NCBI GenBank assembly: GCA_010093995.1
Contig: ML992527.1
Coordinates: 1 to 64,000, forward strand
Length of the DNA stretch: 64,000 bases
Direction: 5' to 3'
Origin: Elsinoe ampelina
Lineage: Eukaryota
Shown here: positions 58,824 to 64,000 of the stretch, one piece after another
How positions within the stretch are numbered: position 1 is the stretch's first letter
Layout of the letters: the number at the start of each line of letters is the position of its first letter
Notes under the pieces: model-generated
Databases searched by the model: none
What the model saw: only the letters and a program-made list of their open reading frames with translations
Told to the model about the DNA's origin: nothing
Translations under genes and position numbers: made by a program

Positions 58824-59501
58824 TTCTGTACGAACGTTAGTATGTGTGTAATAGCACCACCTTGTCAGCAAGCAGTATATGCTTGACCAGAGTCGGGGCG
58901 ACTCGTCTCGAAAAGCCCACAGGTATGTCAACGAAGTATACTCGTGACAACCAGATCCGTCGAGTGCTCTGTCGCTGGCCAAGTGTTCCCACAAATGCCT
59001 GACGAGAGCAGGAACCCCGCAGATGCCTCTTTGGAAGAAGCTGAAAGCCTACAAGCCCACTGGTACGGACACACGAGACCCGCCGCAGTCTCTGGTAGTA
59101 TTCTGACAACTCGATGACGAGTGTCTTATTTGAGGAAAAGCCCACTGAAAGTGTATGCAACGAACCGATGTGTATGTTATGATCCCTCTGTAATGCTCTC
59201 GGATATCCCACGTGAAAGAATAGTCCCTGATTTCAAAGACTAGGTATGAGTGTGAGAAGGAAGAAAATGTGTCGCTCGAACTTTTTTTTTTTGTAAAAGG
59301 CGGCGGCGGGTCGTCCAAGCTCCCAGCGGCAGACACTGCAGAGGTTTTCTTCCCCGCTAGCGCCGTCCGACTCGGTGATCAAAACCCTATTGGCGGCAAG
59401 GCGGACCCTGATTTCATGTCTCGAGCCACATCACCACGGCGGACTTCCACCCGCAGGTCTTGATCGTCAATTCACATGATGCATGCCTTTATGCGGTGAC
59501 A

Positions 59502-61373
59502 ATGGCTCAAACACCATCAAAGGCGTCACATACGCCTCGGAAGAAGAGAAGATCGTCAGGGGCGGCATTGAATTCTGACAATGGCGCTCTGATTCAAGAT
59601 GGCTCTTTACAGTACCCAGCATTTCCTCTGGCTGCCTTTCTACTACCGGCCAAGGGGACAGTGTCACAATGGGTCTCAGTGCCGTTGATACTGATGGCAG
59701 TCGGTCTATTCAGATGGGCGTTGGGCTTCTGGGGCTACTCAGGTCGGTGAAGAGACTGCTAACGCTACTCTATTAGACTGACAATACCACAGGTCGAGCA
59801 AAGCCACCCATGCATGGCGACTTTGAGGCTCAAAGACATTGGATGGAATTGACCACCAATCTGCCAGTCTCTCATTGGTACTTTTATGACTTGCAATGGT
59901 GGGGTCTGGACTATCCGCCGTTGACAGCATATCATAGCTGGATCTTGGGAACTATGCAAGTATTCAAGTAGGACGTCGCGGCATTCTTCTGACAATCATA
60001 GTGGAAATTATATCAACAAAGACTGGTTCGCCCTATACACATCTCGCGGCCTGGATGATCACTCGCTCAAGATTTACATGCGAGCAACAGTCTTGATCTC
60101 GGAATATGTCACACTCATCCCTGCAGCTATAGTATGCGTCCGAAGGCTCAGTCGATTATCCGGAGTCAGCTCCTGGGAAGCATCCATTGCTTTGACCGCT
60201 CTTCTTATGCAACCCGCAACACTTCTAATCGATCATGGCCATTTTCAGTACAATACTGTGATGCTTGGCTTCATCGTCTCAACCATTGCAGGAATACTCA
60301 GAGGACATCCGGCTAGAAGCTGTTTGTATTTTGTCGCCGCTCTCGGATTCAAGCAGATGGCTCTCTTCTATGCGCCCGTTGTGTTCGCATATCTACTGGG
60401 TATCTGCATCTTCCCTCGGATCAATGTCATCCGCTTCTTGGCTATTGCTCTTTGCACGATCGCATCTTTCGCCGTGCTGTATCTTCCCTTTCTGCTGGGC
60501 GTCGCGTACGACTCGAAACGCCGGATACCACTGCCATCCGACCACGAGATCCCTCCACTGCTATCAGCGCTTCCGTTCGAGATCTCACGCCAGTCATACA
60601 TCTACCCTCTGGCTTTGCAGCTGGCGCAGTCCATTCATCGCATCTTTCCCTTCTCTAGAGGACTTTTCGAGGATAAAGTTGCAAACATCTGGTGCGCGAT
60701 TCATTCATCTGGTCTACACAAGTTGACACGGTACGACTCATCACTGTTGTCACGAGCGGCGCTTTTGGTCACACTTGCTGCCATTACCCCATCCTGTTTC
60801 ATCCTCTTTATCAAGCCTAAGCGGGCTTTGGTACCATGGGCATTCTCGTCTTGCGCATGGGGATTTTTCCTTTGCAGCTACCAGGTCCACGAAAAGAACG
60901 TGCTGCTACCTCTACTCCCCATGACACTACTTCTGGCTTCAGAAAGGGGACTTAAGCCAGACCTCCGAGCATGGATTGGATTTGCTAATATCCTCGGCAC
61001 CTGGACACTATATCCGCTGCTTCAGAGAGACGAACTCCGCGTTCCTTATTTCGTCCTAAATCTTCTATGGGCATGGCTGTTGGGGCTCCCTCCGACTTCA
61101 CTCTCTGCATACTTTGGCCAGCAGGGATCATCTCTGAGCCTCTTGACGAAAGTTATACATCTTTCCTTCTATCTCGGCATGATTGCGTGGCACATTGGCG
61201 AAGCATACGTGCCGCCGCCAGATCGTATGCCAGATCTCTGGGTTGTCGGCAATGCCGTCGCTGGAGCTGCAGGCTTTGGTATCTGCTACCTCTGGTGCAC
61301 CTGGAATCTCATCCTGAAGAGCGGACTTTTCGGATCGTCCACGCTTGAGGCTCCCACTAAGAAGACTCAATAG
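59502..61373 (+). CDS. ALG6: Alpha-1,3-glucosyltransferase Alg6 (exons 59502-59742, 59793-59955, 60002-61373)
   Basis: [54 protein letters not shown]. Confidence 0.95.
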
Positions 61374-61526
61374 GAATGCGAAGATGGAAAGTTGAGAATG
61401 ATTGTATTCTGTTGTACAATAGATACCCACGTATGAGCACTTTCTATAGGTCGACCAGGCCCTTTTGATAGTATATACGAGTCCTTTCAACCACAGATAT
61501 AGCCTCTTCTAGCTCTTCCCGGTCAA

Positions 61527-61875
61527 TTATATGTTAAAGCCATATCCCTTCATGCATGTCTTGTACTGCGAAACCAGGTCGGAGCATTCCTTTTGAGGGT
61601 CGTTGGAGTTGGAGAACAGCATGCACTCGTCGCGAGCGCTCTTCTCATCCTTGCATACGCAGCAGGGCTGGTATCTTGTCAGGGTGGCTCGAGTCTCTTC
61701 GAAGTGTTCCATCGTACCTTTACTTTGGCCGCAGCATCTCCGGCGGGCTTGAGATCGGCGGCGAGATTGTTCGGCGGCGTGGCCGTCGCTGTGACGGAGT
61801 CAGTATGAGAGTAGTCCTGACATAGATTTGACTAGACTCACAATCCTGTAATGATCTCGTCGCTGGAGCTGACAT
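61527..61875 (-). CDS. COX17: Mitochondrial copper chaperone Cox17 (2 introns)
   Basis: K|PCCVCKDEKSARDECMLF..C..LV..YKTCMKGYGFNI (CCxC plus twin CX9C). Confidence 0.93.
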
Positions 61876-62214
61876 CTTGATCTTGCTGGGAATGTCGAGG
61901 ATAGAGCGTGACCTTCGATGCGTCTTGGAATGCTCGACCCTGCTGAATAATTCTGCCGACTCTCGCCGACTTTGGTGCAGCACGTCACCGTCACAAATTG
62001 CGGCTCTGCGGTCCAAGCTGATCTTCTGCATGGAAGGGTCTCGATCAATTTTATCCCACGAGCAAGGCCCCACATAATTTGAGCTTGGTGCCCCTCGCTT
62101 GTGTAAACATTCAGACTTGATCAAATTATTTTTCAACCACGGTCATTTGGATCGAGTCAAACAACTATTCTGACCATCTCTAAAGAATTACCCTACCATC
62201 CGCTCGAGATCAAC

Positions 62215-63522
62215 ATGGCGAAGCTCTTCTCCCTCGAAGGCAAAGGCCTCAAACTCGACACCGCCGCCGACATTGAATCCCACCTCCAACCCCTCATCAC
62301 CTCCAACGACATCGAAGAAGTGCGCTTCCAAGGCAACACGCTCGGTGTCGAAGCCTGCGCCGCCCTCGCCCAAGTCCTCTCCACCAAACCCTCGATACGA
62401 GTACGTCCCCTATACCACGCCATCCCACTCCATGCCCCCCTCACTAACCCCTTCCTCCAGATCGCCAACCTAGCCGACATCTTCACCTCTCGCCTCCTCT
62501 CCGAGATTCCCCCATCCCTCACCTCTCTCCTCGAAGCTTGCCTCTCCCTCCCCAACTTACACACCATCAACCTCTCGGATAACGCCTTCGGTCTCAACAC
62601 AGTCGAGCCCCTTCGCCCTTTCCTCTCCCAACACGTCCCCCTCCAGCATCTTATCCTCAACAACAACGGCCTCGGCCCTGCGGCAGGCACTCTGGTCGCG
62701 GAAGCCCTAACGCAACTCGCCGCGCGCAAAGCCGCTGCCCGGCAAGAGGGGAAGGATGTCCCTGACCTCGAGACGGTGGTGTGTGGACGGAACAGGCTGG
62801 AGACGGGGAGCATGAAGGCTTGGGCGGAGGCGTATCGTGCGAACAACGGGGTGAAGGAGATAAGGATGGTGCAGAATGGGATCAGGCAGGAGGGGATCGT
62901 GGTGCTGCTTCGAGAAGGGTTGAGGCATGCGAAGAAGTTGGAGGTCGTGGATTTGCAGGATAATACGTTCACAGTAGTAGGAAGCCGGGCGTTGGCGGAT
63001 GTAGTTCGAGGGGGCGCCTGGCCTGCGCTCAAGGAATTGGGCGTGGGGGATTGCTTGCTCAAAGCGAGTGGTGGGAGGGCAGTGTTCAGCGCGCTGGGGG
63101 AAGGGAAGACGAAGGAACTCGAGGTTATCAAGGCGCAGTACAACGAGGTGGATGCGGGGAGTCTCAAGGCTTTGGCAGAGGGGTTGGACGCGTTGCCGAA
63201 GTTGAGACGGGTAGAAGTGAATGGCAACAAGTTCGCGGAAGAGGATGAGAGTGTGGAGAAGATCAAAGCCGTATTGGATGAACGGAGAGAGAAGGCTGGA
63301 GAGGACGAGGACGAGGAGCGGTGGGGCGTGGATGAGCTGGATGATTTGGAGGAGGAGGATAATGATGAGGAGGGAGAGGAAGACGAGGATGAGGAAGATG
63401 AAGAGGAGGAAGGGGAGAGGGTGGTCAAGGAGGCGGAGAGGGCGGAGGAGGAGCCTGTTGCTGCGGACCAGGATAAGGAGGTCGATGATTTGGCTGCGAA
63501 GTTGGGCAAGACGGGTATCTAA
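62215..63522 (+). CDS. RNA1: Ran GTPase-activating protein Rna1 (in-frame 60-nt intron 62401-62460)
   Basis: LRRs GNTLGVEA, DIFTSRL, LSDNAFG, GRNRLE, DLQDNTFT; acidic tail. Confidence 0.95.
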   Translation: MAKLFSLEGKGLKLDTAADIESHLQPLITSNDIEEVRFQGNTLGVEACAALAQVLSTKPSIRVRPLYHAIPLHAPLTNPFLQIANLADIFTSRLLSEIPPSLTSLLEACLSLPNLHTINLSDNAFGLNTVEPLRPFLSQHVPLQHLILNNNGLGPAAGTLVAEALTQLAARKAAARQEGKDVPDLETVVCGRNRLETGSMKAWAEAYRANNGVKEIRMVQNGIRQEGIVVLLREGLRHAKKLEVVDLQDNTFTVVGSRALADVVRGGAWPALKELGVGDCLLKASGGRAVFSALGEGKTKELEVIKAQYNEVDAGSLKALAEGLDALPKLRRVEVNGNKFAEEDESVEKIKAVLDERREKAGEDEDEERWGVDELDDLEEEDNDEEGEEDEDEEDEEEEGERVVKEAERAEEEPVAADQDKEVDDLAAKLGKTGI

Positions 63523-64000
63523 GCCACGCAGAGATGGAGGAGATTGAAGGGAATAATTGCTTGAAAGAGGAGAGACTTACAAATCGTTGGAAGTGGTCGA
63601 GTAATCCTCGAGACTTACCTGGAAATGCTTAGATAGCCAGCGAATTGAGCCATATCATAGAATAATGCAGGGATTCTGAATCAGACTGGACACCGCGGCC
63701 GCCCATATCGTCGAGTCGGGTATCCAGAGCTGAAACTAGAGAGATGGTCAGCAACCCTTCCCATCTCTTCATAAGTCGCATTGGAACGGGTCGCATCGGG
63801 TGTTGTCGCGTTGGCTGCCATCCCCATCGTCCATCCCAGTCCATGCGGTCATGCACACGCAACAAACCCGCCAGACCGTACACCGCTCTCAGTCGAAGAA
63901 AAAGCTCAGGATCCATTCCAAAGAATCTGTACACACAAGTCTCACAAGTCCCTCCAAGAATGCTTACACTCCATCGCAATGTAGGTCCCGTCCATGCCCG

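Noticed and set aside
57939..58851. Long + strand ORFs over NSR1
   Set aside because: Antisense to low-complexity nucleolin coding sequence
62193..63509. 438-aa - strand ORF
   Set aside because: Antisense shadow of RNA1
1..64000. tRNA/rRNA genes
   Set aside because: No cloverleaf with A/B boxes or rRNA-like segment recognised by eye; a tRNAscan/Infernal run would be needed to exclude them

Overview
Eukaryotic, gene-dense (~52% GC) filamentous-ascomycete DNA, probably a Dothideomycete, with short GT-AG introns and CTRAY branch sites. It opens on a RIP-like AT-rich relic, then carries mostly housekeeping genes: GET4, SEC72, FLX1-like carrier, NDUFB3, CAF1/POP2, PRP3, RPA190, POL5, CDC25/MIH1, ISU1, RasB, RPL27, RPL19, MnSOD, NSR1, ALG6, COX17 and RNA1. 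An accessory island at ~35.8-50.6 kb holds a tandem family of six highly diverged paralogues with an F-box-like 'F(R/P)FxDLPxE(I/V/L)RxMIY' motif and a Cys/His-rich C-terminus. One copy has an ACG in place of its start codon and one is frameshifted. The same island is strongly enriched for the heptamer CTACCAG, has a hairpin-rich spacer, and contains decaying NmrA-like and methyltransferase genes. Other highlights are a BNIP3/Atg32-like tail-anchored protein with an SWIEI AIM/LIR motif, and about nine sharp C-rich to G-rich skew inversions. Exon boundaries were read by eye and product names rest on motif recognition, not database searches.
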